63,840 bases of DNA, filler included, from Phoronis australis (GCA_002633005.1; 6 parts of 6 records of this genome joined end to end with filler, not necessarily neighbours in it), one strand, 5' to 3'; positions 1-13,614 are shown, counted from the first letter of the whole stretch. Made by a program: numbers and translations. Notes: generated from the sequence alone by a model not told the origin.

Positions 1-71
1 AGCAGACGAGTAATTAATAAAATTACGAAAAGCTGTAATTAAGTGGAAAATATGTCTAGGATAACCAACCA

Positions 72-121
72 ACCTTATTTTAGCTCAAAATGACATGGAA
101 AAAGGTTGCCTTCGCCTTTAA
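72..121. repeat. Dispersed repeat end (TTAA-AGGCGAAGGCAACC terminus on minus strand), second copy at about 41721-41770
   Basis: A near-identical ~50 bp stretch ending aaaggttgccttcgcctttaa occurs on two different scaffolds. Confidence 0.55.
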
Positions 122-444
122 ATGCAGATTAATGAGTCCGGATTTCAGACTAACGAACTGTCAGTTTTTTCTCAAGTAAAGACATCCTTTCTAACCAGAG
201 TAACAAAATGAAAATAAAACGATAAGTGGTCCAAATCAATATAGCTATATTTAATGGCAATCTATTTTTCCAGAATTATGTTACGATTACAGAATTAAAC
301 AAGAGGTGGGTGGTTGAAAATTGCCCTATCCTGTATATCTAACCCCTTTCATATCGTGAGGTTGGCCTTTGGCGCCTTCAATAAGATAGATAACTCGTTC
401 CTTAGAAAATCGTTTTACTCTACGAATAAGTAAACAAGACTTAC

Positions 445-785
445 TCTTCCGCCGTTTTGCCTGGTGTAAGAACTAACCAACTGTCGCCTACAAGCGCGTG
501 CGCCACGTGTTTTTCCGCCATATCACTGACACTTGTTCCATTTTTCAAAGTTAAATCGTCCTTTTTATTTTTGTTGTAGTTGCCGCAAATGCCACATAAA
601 TTGGATTGATACTTTTTGGGAATCTCCATCCGTAGTCTGTGATTTCCATCGAAAGTAACTTTTAGGCCGAAGTCTGTGGACAACTGGACTTCTTGGTTTG
701 CTAGAAGCTTCACAGTGATCTCGGCGGCTTGTCCGAACGTGCGAGGCGTAAGAACTATTGGAATGGTTCGCTGAACACCGTCTAC
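445..785 (-). CDS. Secreted TSP1-VWD protein (FCGBP/zonadhesin/SCO-spondin-like family), exon for the C-terminal half of the VWD domain; gene continues past window start
   Basis: Splice sites ttttag|GTAGAC and GAAGA|gtaagt. Translation VDGVQRTIP...FGLKVTFDGNHRL...NLCGICGNYNKNKKDDL...VGDSW contains the VWD CGLCGN-type motif. Phase 0 matches the upstream exon. Confidence 0.9.
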
Positions 786-2312
786 CTAAAAGTAGTAGAA
801 TTCCAACATTTATGCTGCCCGGTAGCTTTGTAAATGACACATTCTAGGGTGACTATGGTCCACTAAGCCTACGTATCAGACTACTTTAATTTGGTTGTCC
901 TGGTGGTAACTTGCAAACTGAGATTTATCAGCTAGGGTTGGTGGTAACTTTTGAGTAAAAATATACGGACCATAGAAAGTCCAATGAATTTAGACTAACC
1001 AGTAAATAAATTTTGTCCTTTTTGGTGTTCTTTGACCCTTTATATGCAACGATGTTACTAGTGCAATTCACTTGGCCATAAAGTTAAAAACACCCATTGT
1101 TTTTACGCATGTCACAATTTATTTTGGCCACCTGACTTACATAACTTGCATATTAATGACGAAACATTGATCTGTAGATAGTCGTAGTTTCATCAGGATA
1201 TTTGCATCCAATTTATTATTCACAAGCAATTGTTTCTTGACACATTATTTGGTATACATTATTTCTTCATTTAAAAAGTAAATCAATTGAATATTATCGT
1301 TGCAGGGTTAATTGCACCACTGCTTTGTGACGGTAAGGGCAATGTATTTCCTACAAAAAGATTAGATCGCGAAGACTGCCACAAACAGACGAAAAGAACT
1401 AGCATGCTCACTGCTTGAATTTGCAAAGCAGACAGGGTTGTCCCATCACCATGGGTTTTAATTCCTTCTTTTACACCACACCCGGCAGCCGTGCACAGTA
1501 TGTAATTCAGTGTGAGAGCGTCAAGGACTATTCACTTCACTGGGTAGGACTTGCTGGGGGCAATCACAAGCGGGGTAGTTGGCGATTGACGAGTGTGTCA
1601 CGCAATGGCGCGAAAGGAAACATTCCTCACTTCCATCACGTTTTGCCCAGTGTAATGAATTGACCTTCAAGTCTTTCCATTACAGAAATTAAGCTTGTTA
1701 TAAAAAAGAACTTGAAAAGCTTCGGCGGCCGAGAAAGTTGCGCGCTGCCGCTGAACTTTTATTCATTCTAAGGTAGGGAAACTTGAAAAGATATTTAGAT
1801 TAGATATGGATATAATTTATATACAAAACAAGTTGGGAAGTATGTCCCTTTCACATTAGCTTATGAATGAAGAACTGTCTCCCTGTATCCATCTTGAAAA
1901 CCTTATTTGTTAAGAAATGCTGTCAAGTTAATGATAAGCCTAACTGGGTAAGGTATGTCGATAGATTGTATCACCTTTAAAATTGTAATAGTAAAATGTA
2001 CTAGTCATTATGGTAAATGAATATCATATCGTAAGCCCTGCACGGGCACATTTCGCCGTGGAAACACTAAAGAACATAAATTTTGCGTTGAAGCGGATGC
2101 CTTCACGGTTTTGTGCTGCTGACCCACCTGTTTATCAAAACTCCTTACTTTCGGATACTCCACAAGATACATTCTAGTTCAGTTTGAATTTGATCTCCTG
2201 AGTGGCCCTACGTGGGACTTTAATAGATACACCAACAAGTCAATTCTATCTTTTTATTCTAAGTTCAATTTGTTTTCGTCTATCAAAAGTAACGTAACTA
2301 AAGTTTACTCAC

Positions 2313-2489
2313 GTGAACTTTCCTCTGTTGTCCAATGGTTATGGTATGACCATATACGGTGACTTCAGCACTGTTTACCCAGGATACTTCCGACCGGCCA
2401 AATCGAATGTCATGTTGAGCCTTTACGTGGAATTTTTCGAGTCCAGTTACGTCACGACAGTTTTTAGCGTACGTATATTTGCACGGTCC
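2313..2489 (-). CDS. TSP1-VWD protein, mid-VWD exon
   Basis: Splice sites ttttaag|GGACCG and CAC|gtgagt, phase 0-0. Translation GPCKYTYAKNC...SWVNSAEVTVYGHTITIGQQRKVH. Confidence 0.9.
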
Positions 2490-4421
2490 CTTAAAATAAA
2501 AACCAAAAGTTTCGACATCCAATTAATAACTTTTTGATAAAACGAAACCAAAACATGGGTCCCGGTTCAGGAAACTTGGTTGTTGGCACAAATTCCAAGA
2601 GCATTGTTTAAGTTTTTGCGACGCGTGCAGACGTGATACCACTAGCGATAGCAAGTGTCAAACCAACCGTTAGGCGGATGTTCATGAATTGAACTTGTAG
2701 CAAAATTAACAGCGAATTGTCCGTTGATGAAATATGGGACATGGTGGCAAAGCGTATACCTGCATAAACGTCAAGTAGTGTCCTAAACGTCAGTGGCGTA
2801 CATACGTCTAATATAGACCAAGAACTACAATCGAATCAGCTTCTCCTCTTGAAACTTAAGATGCATTCACTAGCGAAACTGACTAATAGCAGTATCCACA
2901 ATGATAAAACATCACGTGAAACTGTAAATATACGTGCACGTGCTGATGCATCCGGTATCGTCACAGGCAACATACAGTAAGGTTGAGTCGTTGTGCCAGG
3001 ACCCTGAGGCATCTCGTTCTCCCTTTAAAGCGCGTGTGAGATCCAGTAAACCTCGTCTGTCCTTGCAATTTTTCCAGTGCCGAAAAATTAAGATTTTGAA
3101 AGTGGAGCCGAGCCAGACAGGAGAAACAATCGTGTGTTCCAGAAAAAAGATGACCAGAGAAAAACAGCTGCTCCCAACAAGTGTATTTCTACACGGTCTT
3201 TTACAAGAAGGTGGTTAATGTACTCCTTAACCATCGATTCTCTGTTCTGCATTCCGTGCTTGCTACGTTCTCCCTTTTTTCTTTTTGGTTTTAGGGCAAC
3301 TAATCTATTAGACTACCATGAAAAAGTTTCGAGAAGACGGAAATCTTGAGATTGAATACGGCCTGGGCCCCCTGCCGGGTAACCCATGCGTGCGCGCGAC
3401 ACGTGCATAAATAAACGGGGGGGGGGGGNNNNNGGTACAAGATGCGTCGGTTGTAAAACCACGACGCTGAAAAACATTGGAAACGCAGTAGATTTGTGTT
3501 AACGGGAGCATTTATACGGAATTGTGTTCAGTCAAAATTAGCGCCATTAAATTGAATCAGTGCCGATGCGTCCCCTTTTTAGTTTCGTGGAGAATACAAA
3601 ACTTGTCAGTTCCTTTTTCTTTATTTGTGTTTCATAGGCCATCAACATACATTTTAACCAGACAAAATTAACAGATAACATTCACGACATGCCACAAATA
3701 ACACTGTAGATGGGGGGGCGCATTTTCTCACTTGGCCCCACCTACAAAGAACTACCCACACCGCCACTGATTCTCTGCATTCAGTCAGTATTGGAAGAAC
3801 TGTAGCACACGAACTTGTCTGCAAACAAAAACTAAACAGATTTTGCTGATTTCTCTGCACGATCTCTTCTGTCACGAAGAACCTGATGCCGGTTAAAAGT
3901 TACGCATTGGAAAATGGCATCGCACTCTACAGCGCGTCATTGTTGAATGACGCTAAAATTTGATGTCTATGCATGGATGGCGGAAATCGATGCTCGCGCA
4001 TCCCAGAGCCTATAATTATGGGATATACAAGTCGCCCAATCCTGAACTGAGAAAGTGCTTGGTAAGTCGACAGTTGATTTTGGACAGATGATACCTGTTT
4101 ACCTCGCATCAATGATAGACTATCTTCTGACTGTTTGAAATACTTCCACAATGAAGTGGTCCCTACTCATCGCGTACTTCTACGTCTGGTGGCTGTGCTG
4201 TTCGGGAATACCACAGTCCCGGCAAACTCCTTTGTGTGTACATGTAGGAAGTCCCACGGTATTTCATGCCAATGGGTGACTTTTGCAATTTCGTGCAGCT
4301 CCCCTCTGGTGACTAATAGGCGGGTTTGTTGTAATAAAAATTGCCCCACTCGACACGTATTGTCGTACGAGTGCGAAACTATATGTTCGTCACAAAACGT
4401 ATGTTTTTATGCTACACGTAC

Positions 4422-4498
4422 CTGGTAATGGATCACCTGTCCGTCACAAGTGTGCACGTGCGGGTCCCCTGACGCTGTACACACACAATCTTGCACCG
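4422..4498 (-). CDS. TSP1-VWD protein, exon starting the VWD domain (GDPH motif)
   Basis: Splice sites ccttacag|CGGTG and TACCAG|gtacgt, phase 1-0. Translation VQDCVCTASGDPHVHTCDGQVIHYQ. Confidence 0.9.
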
Positions 4499-4653
4499 CT
4501 GTAAGGAGAATTAACTTGTAATCGAGACCAACAAACTACATCACAACTCTTTTATCAGAGCTATTGAAGAAATGCAATTGCCGACGTTGGCCCACGACGG
4601 ACTGCGAAACATAATCACACATTTCAAAAATTGAAACTTTACTATTTACTTAC

Positions 4654-4775
4654 AGTCGCAACTTCCAACCTTCCCATAACAACTTTCAACTTGATTATAT
4701 TGACCACCGCATTCTTTCCCGCCTCCAGATGGCGCAGGGTTCGTGCACGAACGCAGTCGTGTTTTCTGTCCTATC
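4654..4775 (-). CDS. TSP1-VWD protein, second half of the TSP1 repeat
   Basis: Splice sites attcag|GATAGG and GACT|gtaagt, phase 2-1. Translation IGQKTRLRSCTNPAPSGGGKECGGQYNQVESCYGKVGSCD. Confidence 0.9.
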
Positions 4776-5810
4776 CTGAATTGAAAATATACAATGTTAT
4801 AGTAGTTATTGACTGGAAGCGAAAATGTCGAACGTTACGCAACACCAGTTGCATAGAACTTTTGTTTTTACTAAAAATGAAAATACACGTTTATCGTAGA
4901 GACACGTTCCAGTGTTAATTACAGTTACCCTGTCGTCATTGTTTCGTTGTGAATGCATAAACAGGATGCGAAAAAATCATTGTTAAGTCGACTACTTTAC
5001 ACCATTATATTATCGGAAACCATGATTAAAACTGAAATGAGCCGCTGAGATAACGGCGTATTTCCTTCTTTAGTAACACAGAAAACGTTAAGTTTTCCCT
5101 TCTAAGTTCTGCAGTTGTTAGCGTGACGTCAACAACACTCTTCAATAGTTGTTAGGTGGCGTGTAAATGTTGTTGTTAACGGGCAACTGACCGGAACAGG
5201 GCTACAGAGAGGATGTGCTTAGAATGTCGGGAAATATTTAGTATATGCTGTACATTAAGTATCACAGTGTGTATATAGTAGACCGCGTAATGTAATCACA
5301 TCCGTCTATCTGGTATCTTGATGTATCTCAGTAACAATACCTGAACAGTAAGAATACAGAAGACGACCGTTTCATAAATAAAAAAATGCAAAAAAAAAGC
5401 AAATGATTTTTCCAAGATGTTCCTTGAAGATAAACTTGTGCTGTAAGTTAGTCGTTTTCGGTGCCTAAACATTCCCAATCCAAACGTTGAAGTTTCTATC
5501 ACAAAATGGACAAAAGCGATACAAGTTTCAACGATACGGCGACACGATTGTCTATGCCCGTGACCGTGTCGACCGCAGGAGGGATGCCTTCAATTGGTGG
5601 CACTCCGGCGTGTGCGCGAGGTAGTTCACCTCTCACTTGGCAAGCCACAGCATTTCAAACCTTGTGTTTGTGGAGCTTTTAAAAAAAGTTTCAGACTAGA
5701 ATTGATGCGGGCGAGGCTTTTTCCTTTATTTTGTGAGGAGTGGATTTGAGAATGAGTCGGGTCACAGTCCAGAAACAACTTTGCTTCTTGGCCTTATTTT
5801 GAAATCTTAC

Positions 5811-5886
5811 CCACAAGAGGCGCTGCATTCGGACCAGGCACTCCAACTGGACCACCCGCCGTCCACCTGACCACTCACTGTTGTGC
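5811..5886 (-). CDS. TSP1-VWD protein, end of signal peptide and first half of TSP1
   Basis: Splice sites gtctag|GCACA and TGTGG|gtaaga, phase 1-2. Translation TTVSGQVDGGWSSWSAWSECSASCG has the WxxWxxW-C TSP1 motif. Confidence 0.9.
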
Positions 5887-6309
5887 CTAGACAATAGGAC
5901 ATAACATCAAGCAGTCGTCACAAGCTGTGAAGGTCGTAAAATTATATCGAAATACAATAGATGTTTCATATAGACAACTTCCAGTGACTTTGCAACGTTT
6001 TATTGTGATGACGTACGCAGCTGTTGATAACTATGCCGAATGAACAGCGGATGAAATTCGCCATTTTCGAAAGGAGACAATTGAAGTCAACTTAAACAGA
6101 GAAAGCAACAAAATGACAATTTTGCTTACATTTCTTACAAAGTGACGAATGATGGATACAGGTCTAGCAGTAAATGGACATTTTTACACTGAAAACACAT
6201 TTTCGCCATAGGGACTACCTGTGTACTAAGAATGGCTCTAAACCGTGAGTCCTCCAGAGGACACTCTATCAACGAAAAAATGTCGTAATGTTGTGAACCG
6301 ATTATATAC

Positions 6310-6490
6310 ATGGTGATGGCTACCACTGCTGCCACTGCTGCAGCGGCTGCTAGTGGTGGTGGTGCTGGCACGGGTGTTCGTTGCGGCGGCAATGGAGGTG
6401 GGGTGTTGCTTCTGTTGCTGCTGCTGATGATGGTGACGATGGCGATGTTGGTGACAAAGATGATGATGATGACGAATATGCTACTGCAAT
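6310..6490. repeat. Low-complexity mixed trinucleotide tract (GCT/GGT/GAT)
   Basis: Runs of gct, ggt and gat within an intron. Confidence 0.8.
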
Positions 6491-6669
6491 TGCGACCGGG
6501 AGTTTCCGCTAACACCCCCACCCCCCTCCAAAATGCGCCAATGAGCATACTTTCGAAGGCACAGTTAAAAATGTCTATTGTATACTATTTGTAGGTTACC
6601 TAAAATGATCAAGAATAGTTTACTTTCGCAGATTTTTGGCTCATCATTGATATTATCAACTATCTTAAG

Positions 6670-8040
6670 GATAGGACTTTTATGACTTTTCTAAAAAACC
6701 TCATGGAACTAGAACGAAATGATAATTATGAAAACAGTAACAGCATTTTTGAAATCTCATCTTGAACATTTGTATGAAATGAAATGAAATTTGATCATTT
6801 GTTAGCACTATTTGGCTATGAATGTACCTTTCCTTTTTGGTAAATTTTACCAAAAAGACGTGGTCACGTGACCCAATTAATGGCAGATTGGTATAATGAT
6901 AAAAATCAAATCTTGCATGCTTCTGCTTTCAAACAATATAGATTGCACTTTGTCGAAATGTCGAAATCTAGTTTTGTTGATATTTGACTTTACTCAGCCT
7001 TGTCGATAAGGTCCTGCATAAACACATGTATTCGACCTCATTCCATGTCTGTCGCAGGCACATTTTGCATTTATAGTCTCCATTTTTTGTTATATACATA
7101 TACATACACACACACATACACACACAAATACATACATACATACATGCATTCATGTGTGTGTGTGTTTATATGTATATATGTATATATGTACATACCTGAG
7201 TCTAATAGGTGACCACTGCCTAATATTGAATATGGTTGGCAATTAAAATTATAATCTTAGATTGAAATCAAAATAACCTTTAAAACCGTAAACTTGTGAA
7301 TTGATATTGAAACAATAGTCTCACGTTGTCTTAACTATTACTTACTACGAATTAATGGCCAAAGATATCTATCACATTTATCTAGCTTCATATTAGACAT
7401 CAAATGTACTTTTAATAAAGTTCGTATCGTCAATCAAACGTCATTGTTCCCTGTGGACGTGTAATGAGATTGAATGAATGTTATAGATTACTTATTGGAA
7501 GCTCTGAATGACGGGCATCAACAGCTGTGCTGAATGGGAAATCAATTCTCATTTTTTTCAAAACTTTGACAATGAATGGTAGAGCATGAATGTAAGTCCC
7601 AAGATTGTTGTACAATTAACGACCATTAGCGAGGACGTTACCACGTTTTAGGTTTGAGCGGCAACTCAGTGACAGACAGCTATGGTTATGTGGGATCCTA
7701 TTGACCGGTTAGCTAAATATCTTCAGAACTATTGATTTTAACTCAGTCAAAATATATATTTTCCTGAGATAGAAACCCTGTAGGATTTGATTTTTGCTTT
7801 TTTACCAAACTGCCATTAATTGGGCCACGTCATCGTGTCGTTTTTAATATGTAGCAGAAAGGAAAGGTACATTGATAGAAAAACAACGCTATCGATTACA
7901 TAATTAAGTTTTATTTGGTGAAGATGTTCAAATGAGATCTCAAAACGCTTTTACAGTTTTATAAAATTCCTTTCGTTTTCGTTTTTGTTTATGCAACTTC
8001 AGAGTTTTTTTCATGAAAAATCATAAAAGTTCTATTTTCT
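6670..8040. mobile_element. Foldback-like element with long degenerate inverted arms (about 6670-6930 vs 7775-8040)
   Basis: Several collinear reverse-complement blocks, e.g. aatgtacctttcctt/aaggaaaggtacatt, cccaattaatggcag/ctgccattaattggg and ggacttttatga/tcataaaagttc. Confidence 0.6.
7090..7195. repeat. Compound (TA/CA/TACA/TG)n microsatellite
   Basis: Read directly from the sequence. Confidence 0.9.
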
Positions 8041-9884
8041 ATAATCCCGCGGTTAAAAGGAGAACATTTAAAAAACAATTCTTCACAGCGTTTTAGAGTA
8101 CAGAGCATAAAGTATTGTATGCGTGGAGTTTTTATATGAATCTGATCAACTGTTTTTAAGATATGACGCTCAGAAGTTGCCCAAATTTGGACATTTTTCT
8201 AAGGATCTACATATTAACCTTAAGGTAAATAAATTGGCTATTTTATTCCAAAAATACGTTTTGCACCGCCACGAGTAATACGTACATTGATTTAATAACC
8301 TTGTTTTTGTGTTTAAACGCGCGAAATGTGTTTTAAACTTGTAATAATATTTGTTGTTGATCTGGTTAGCCATGAAACAACATCTTTTAAAATATCACAA
8401 GAAACATCCCCAGAAAGGAACCGACTATGTTGTTGATGAACAAATATTCAAATATTTCAACACAGATTTCTTGTAACCTGTTCTTGCACAAACAAAACAT
8501 TAACCTGTAAATGTTACCATTAATTGATGTTAACTGAATCTTAATTGAAAGGAAGGGCTTTGAAACTTTGCCAAGTACGCAGTATATTTGACTTACAAGT
8601 TTCAATCCATTTTATGATCTCTAATATTCAGCTGACACCTACTACAACATTTTACAATATGCATTTGTACTCATGCTCCTACATTTTGATATGATGAGTT
8701 TTTTTTCAAAAAATATTTTTTCCAAGTGCTTCACAGGTTGGCGCATGCGTTAAAGCGTTACTTATTGACGGACAGGTGAGTACTCTTCTACAGACGACTG
8801 ATTGTTAAAGGCGTTAGAATCCATGGTGTGCGCAGCGTCGTTACATTACTGCACTTTATTTGAATTGAAATTGGTTAATATAAATAGCGTGAGATACCCT
8901 CGAAGGCCTTGTTGCCTTGACAACTGAAACTAACCCACAACTCACGTGATGTCTGATTTGTTAAATAAACTCTCAGTTCATCTCAAGCCTAAACATCATT
9001 TATTTTAATATATGTAAGGAGCAACATCATTTTTATAAAAGTGAGTGGCCAAAGCCAAAAATTTATTTTCGACAAAAGGCACGGGTATATTACCCCTTTA
9101 AACTAAATGTTTTCGTGTGTTTTGTTTACTCTTAAGTCTTTTTAAACAATTACTAAATATTTGCATCAAATTAAACGTAAGTTCTCTTGCTATTCAAATT
9201 GCTCTTTGGTTTAACCAGATGTTTGCATTTGAGCAGATACGCTTACATTTGAATACAGTCACATATTCACTACCAGACGGTATAACATATCAACGAAATT
9301 CGTTGCTTAATCATTCCATCACTTCTTTGCCATTTAATGTTTTTGGATAAGATGTAATTTTCTACGTTAACTGCTAAAAGTCATAGGCGTATCAGACCAG
9401 GGACAGATACATCATCAAATTCGAGGAAAATAGCAAAAATGCTGTCAACATCGAGCAAATTAAAAAAAAATCGGGCAAAACCACTAGTCAAACAGTGAAG
9501 TCCAAAGACGTTTATGTTTATCATTCCAAGCTGCATTTTACAATACCGTGTACCAAGCCGAATTTCAACGGTAATTTGGTTAATCTTAGACTTTTAAATT
9601 TCAAGATGGTGTATAGTCACAAAATGTGGCTTTACCGCTGAATTCTTAACCTACCAGTTTTTTCTTAGCAGTAGCAGAAGACATTAAATTTTCTACATAA
9701 GGAGTAAACATTTTACAGAAAAATGTTTAAATATGTTTTTAATAAACAACATCTCCGGATCGAATCTTCATATTAAGGAAAATATTCAGTTCAATTTGTG
9801 CTGAACGAACAATTATTTGAATTGTTTTGTAAAAATTGCCAACGTTATAAATGTTTAGGCTGAACTAAAATTGAATGCCATTAA

Positions 9885-10204
9885 AAGTGACATGATCGGT
9901 TTTGTGGCCGAAAAACACATTTTGGGGATTCTTGTTAACGGGGATTATAGACTTCTTAAAGTTATTGGCTTTGACCAAAGCTATAAAACAACCAAAACCG
10001 TTGTGTTTTCGTGATTTTATTAGAAATCGCCAATTTTCTCTGTTATCTGCCAGACGTTCGCTGAAGTGAAGTCTGGCATCTATAACATTTAGATATGCTT
10101 AAAATATTATCCTAATTAACGCATGAGATTTGACTCAGCGGCTGTAGAGCTAGTGAGTTCGATCCCATTTCTGTACAATTACCTTTCTCACCAAGAGTGT
10201 CCCT
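9885..10204 (+). mobile_element. Kolobok-like MITE with TTAA target, family copy 1
   Basis: Flanked by TTAA (9881-84 and 10205-08), imperfect TIR, homologous to 15238-15571 and 46975-47316. Confidence 0.65.
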
Positions 10205-10479
10205 TTAACCGTCTCAGCATGTATCCTGCTTTGCACACCGGATTGGTAGTCTAGGTCGATAAGAATTATAGCGAAAACATTTCATAAAATCTTGAATAAG
10301 TAGTGTTATATTGGCCATAAAGACTCGTACAAGAAGCAGACGACACTGACGACTCTGACTGTAACCACTGCATGATACTGATAGATACCACTAGACCACT
10401 TCCTTGCACCGGAGAGGAAGTTTGAACCTCTATTCAATGTCTGCTAAATCGATGACGTTTTTGGTTCAAGATTTTTGTA

Positions 10480-10940
10480 TTGCGCAATATTTTAGACGTG
10501 ATAGGAAATGCAAATCTTAGAAAATTCATAACTAAAATTAGATGCCCCAGTCATTGTTTAGAAATTGAAGCAGGAAAGGGTAAAATTGATTTGGAATTGA
10601 GAAACTGTGTGATTTGACAAAAATTTGGAATTTCTGTTACTGAGGACGAGTTCCATTTTATTACAAACTGTATTTTATCGAATGATTTATGAGAAAAGTT
10701 TATTCATGGATTTAAATATTGCTCATATTCTATATTCATTGGGTTAATGCAAGACGTCTCACAAGTTCTCAACCTGTCTAAATACCTGCAGTACGTCTGG
10801 CTAACTAGAAAGATATATTATGACTATAGGTGATGAACTGTACATGTATCTTTCAGTTATGAACGCGTCTTTGTACTTTTATGTATTTTGATATTATTGA
10901 ACAATGGGCTGGAGGCCTTCAACTCTTCAATAAAGTTTAT
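10480..10940 (+). mobile_element. 5'-truncated non-LTR retrotransposon 3' end (RTE-X/Crack-like C-terminal Cys/His motif), decayed
   Basis: Frame from 10501 reads ANLRKFITKIRCPSHCLEIEAGKG...RNCVI*...EDEFHFITNC, with in-frame stops. AATAAA lies near 10929. Confidence 0.75.
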
Positions 10941-11603
10941 TCTTCACAAATCGCCGGCCAACCAACGCTTGATTGTTCATTTCGAACAGGAGAGCGTCCA
11001 TTCCAGGACATAATGAACATGATTTAAGCCGAGTAGTGGTTTATCTCGGGTCGGATTGGGCAACAGCAGGTGAGAGGATCAGTTGCTGGTGAATTCACTA
11101 AATCAATGAGGGCTTGGGTCCTTATATCCAATGGGCTGCAGGGTTTTTGAACTGTTTATTTCATCTGAAGAATAATACAAGGAGTGATACAACTACTGCC
11201 CGCAAATCGGAAATCTTATAAGTAATGTTCGCGATGGCGTAAATGTGTATGCGTGGAGACGTGTACCTATGATTGATAAACATCCGTGCACAACACCTTA
11301 AACCATAGACTATAGTACATAATCTATACTTAAACGTAGAAAAAATCACTGAAATCAAGACTTTGTTCGGAATTTATTTTTTGTCGTTTTTATGATCGTT
11401 AGATTTTTGCGAATATCGACGAGTCAGTCTGATATGTTGGATTTATTATAAAAAACAACAGTGAGCTTCGTAATGCTGCTTTTATTCTGACCGGCGGCAG
11501 AAACCTGTGACAACCTGTTATTATGATTTGAGAAACCGGCTTGGTAAGAGAAGAGGATACAAGCAAAAACAAATCGAATGGCAAGTGAACGAATGTGACA
11601 TAC

Positions 11604-11658
11604 CTGCCAACAGTACAAAGAGCAGAGAAAGCGCAAGGTCTTTGTTAAATCTTCCCAT
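11604..11658 (-). CDS. TSP1-VWD protein, signal-peptide exon
   Basis: MGRFNKDLALSLLFVLLA-G|gtatgt. Phase 1 joins 5886 to give MGRFNKDLALSLLFVLLAGTTVSG/QVDGGW. An acceptor sits at 11660-61, and an upstream exon (ATG 11783, donor 11771-72) would add MGRT in frame. Confidence 0.75.
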
Positions 11659-13614
11659 TCTAAGCAGGCGTAAGACATAGCAACATCACTTGAAGATAAC
11701 GCTTGTCCATGTTTTTCATCTATGCAGTGACTCGCTGCAACAGGTGTTGTTAATGTGACTTTCATAACTTACGTTCGACCCATCTCCGTGGTGACCCGGC
11801 GACAACCAGTGGCACCGCCCTCTTGGGGTTAACTATGAAAGGCACCGCCAACCCATGTTGTTTGCTTGGTTGTTTATTTTAGAAAATTTGACACTGTATA
11901 GGTAATTAGGTAATATTTCGATATAAGTCTTGACTATCTTTTTACGTGTTAAAAATGTTCTTCGTTAACAAAACTTAATCGTATGTCTCTGCCAACGGTG
12001 TTAAAAGTTCTAATTTTTCATTCACGTATTTTGTCGAGTCCAAATTTCACTTGGCAATGAAGTGCGTTTAAATTGGAAATAGTTATTTAAACAATCCTAC
12101 AATAGTTTTTTTAACTTTTGATTGATCTATTATACTGTTTTCGTAGATTGACGGTCTCCAGTGGTTACGTGCAATGATCATTCCAACTGTATGTGGTTTT
12201 GAGCTGTAATTATTTGAGTAAAGGCTTTCACGTATCAATGTTATGATCATAAACCACTTAAGAAGAATCTTGCCAAAATACTTGTTCTATGCGACTGTTT
12301 AAAACGAAAATAGTATTAATTGAGATTTATTATGTTGTTGGCAGTTGAATGAAAGTTGCTGACCTTGGAGCCCGCGTGCACAATTTATTGGTTCGTATGA
12401 CTTCATTTGTCGCACTCCAGTAAGCGCAGATTTTTGTGACCATTGGTCAAGAATATGGAATCTCGGGTATTGAGTTTGCGACGCTAAGTGTGAAGTCACT
12501 TTCAGCTAATAAGGACAGGGGTTTGTTTTGGAAACAGGTATAAGTCGAATTTCACCCCCCCCCCACTTCGCTCTAATTGAATAAGTTTTTTGCAATGTAA
12601 CGGTCAGCGTATCAAAGTTATGCAACAACTTGCTTAAATTGTCTGATTGATCAACAATTTTACATTCTTTCTGAATTGAGATATTATTACTTTGAAGTAA
12701 TTTGACGAAGCGTAAGACTTAGTTACCTAGCGTTTGAAAATTATTCTTCAGTTTGCCATGACAACGACCATTGATTTCAGGTGTTAATTGCGATTTTTCT
12801 GCCTAGACTTTTTCTAGTGAATCTAGTGAATTCAGGTCTGGAGATCAGTGCAGGGGACAGGGGAGATCACCAAAACGCATACAGGAGGCGATTTGAGAGG
12901 TGGGCGGTTGCAATGTTTCCATAGGTGGACGTGACACGCGAGAGACTGCGCCGTCCTGCTACGCATCAATGACATAGTTTTGAAACGAAATTCAACTGGC
13001 ATTGGCGTTACTGAAATGTCCTGTTGTAACTGTGACGGCTCCACCATTCACGTCTTCCTAAAAGAAATTCTTGTGACACAACGAGTAGTCATTGCAGGTA
13101 ATGTGACCTTAGTTCTGTTTACAGGCTTCTCGCGTGTGACTTGAGAATGTTCTTTAGTCCAGAATCGACATTTGTGATCGACATATGTCCCAAATAATAA
13201 ATAAATGATACTTGCGTCGCAAGCTCGTTACCAGAGATGAAAAAGAGACCGAGGTAGACGATATAAGGTCATTTGTTAGGACTAATACAATAACAAGTGA
13301 ATATGGTGAATACAGATAAGTAAAACAAAAAAATTATAATCTCTGGTAAGATGGGCAATAAAAAACGCCGGTCACCTGGAAGTACGATAGAATGACGAAA
13401 ACGGGGTGGTAGAGGGTGGGAGAAGTTAATACATTTTGGAACGTACAATGTGGCCGGAACAAAGGTGAACTGAGCTTCATGTCTTCACAGATAATTCCCC
13501 AGATGTCGTTCTTTATGTTTTATCTGTTTGTTGGGTCATCTGAATTTTAATGAGCCCATTTAAGATTTCTGTGCAATTTTCTCCTTACAGAATCTCGAGA
13601 CGCTTTCACTTGTT

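Noticed and set aside
6135-6594. Poly-Ala/Gly/Leu/Met ORFs on both strands
   Set aside because: By-product of intronic trinucleotide low complexity; no splice or homology support.
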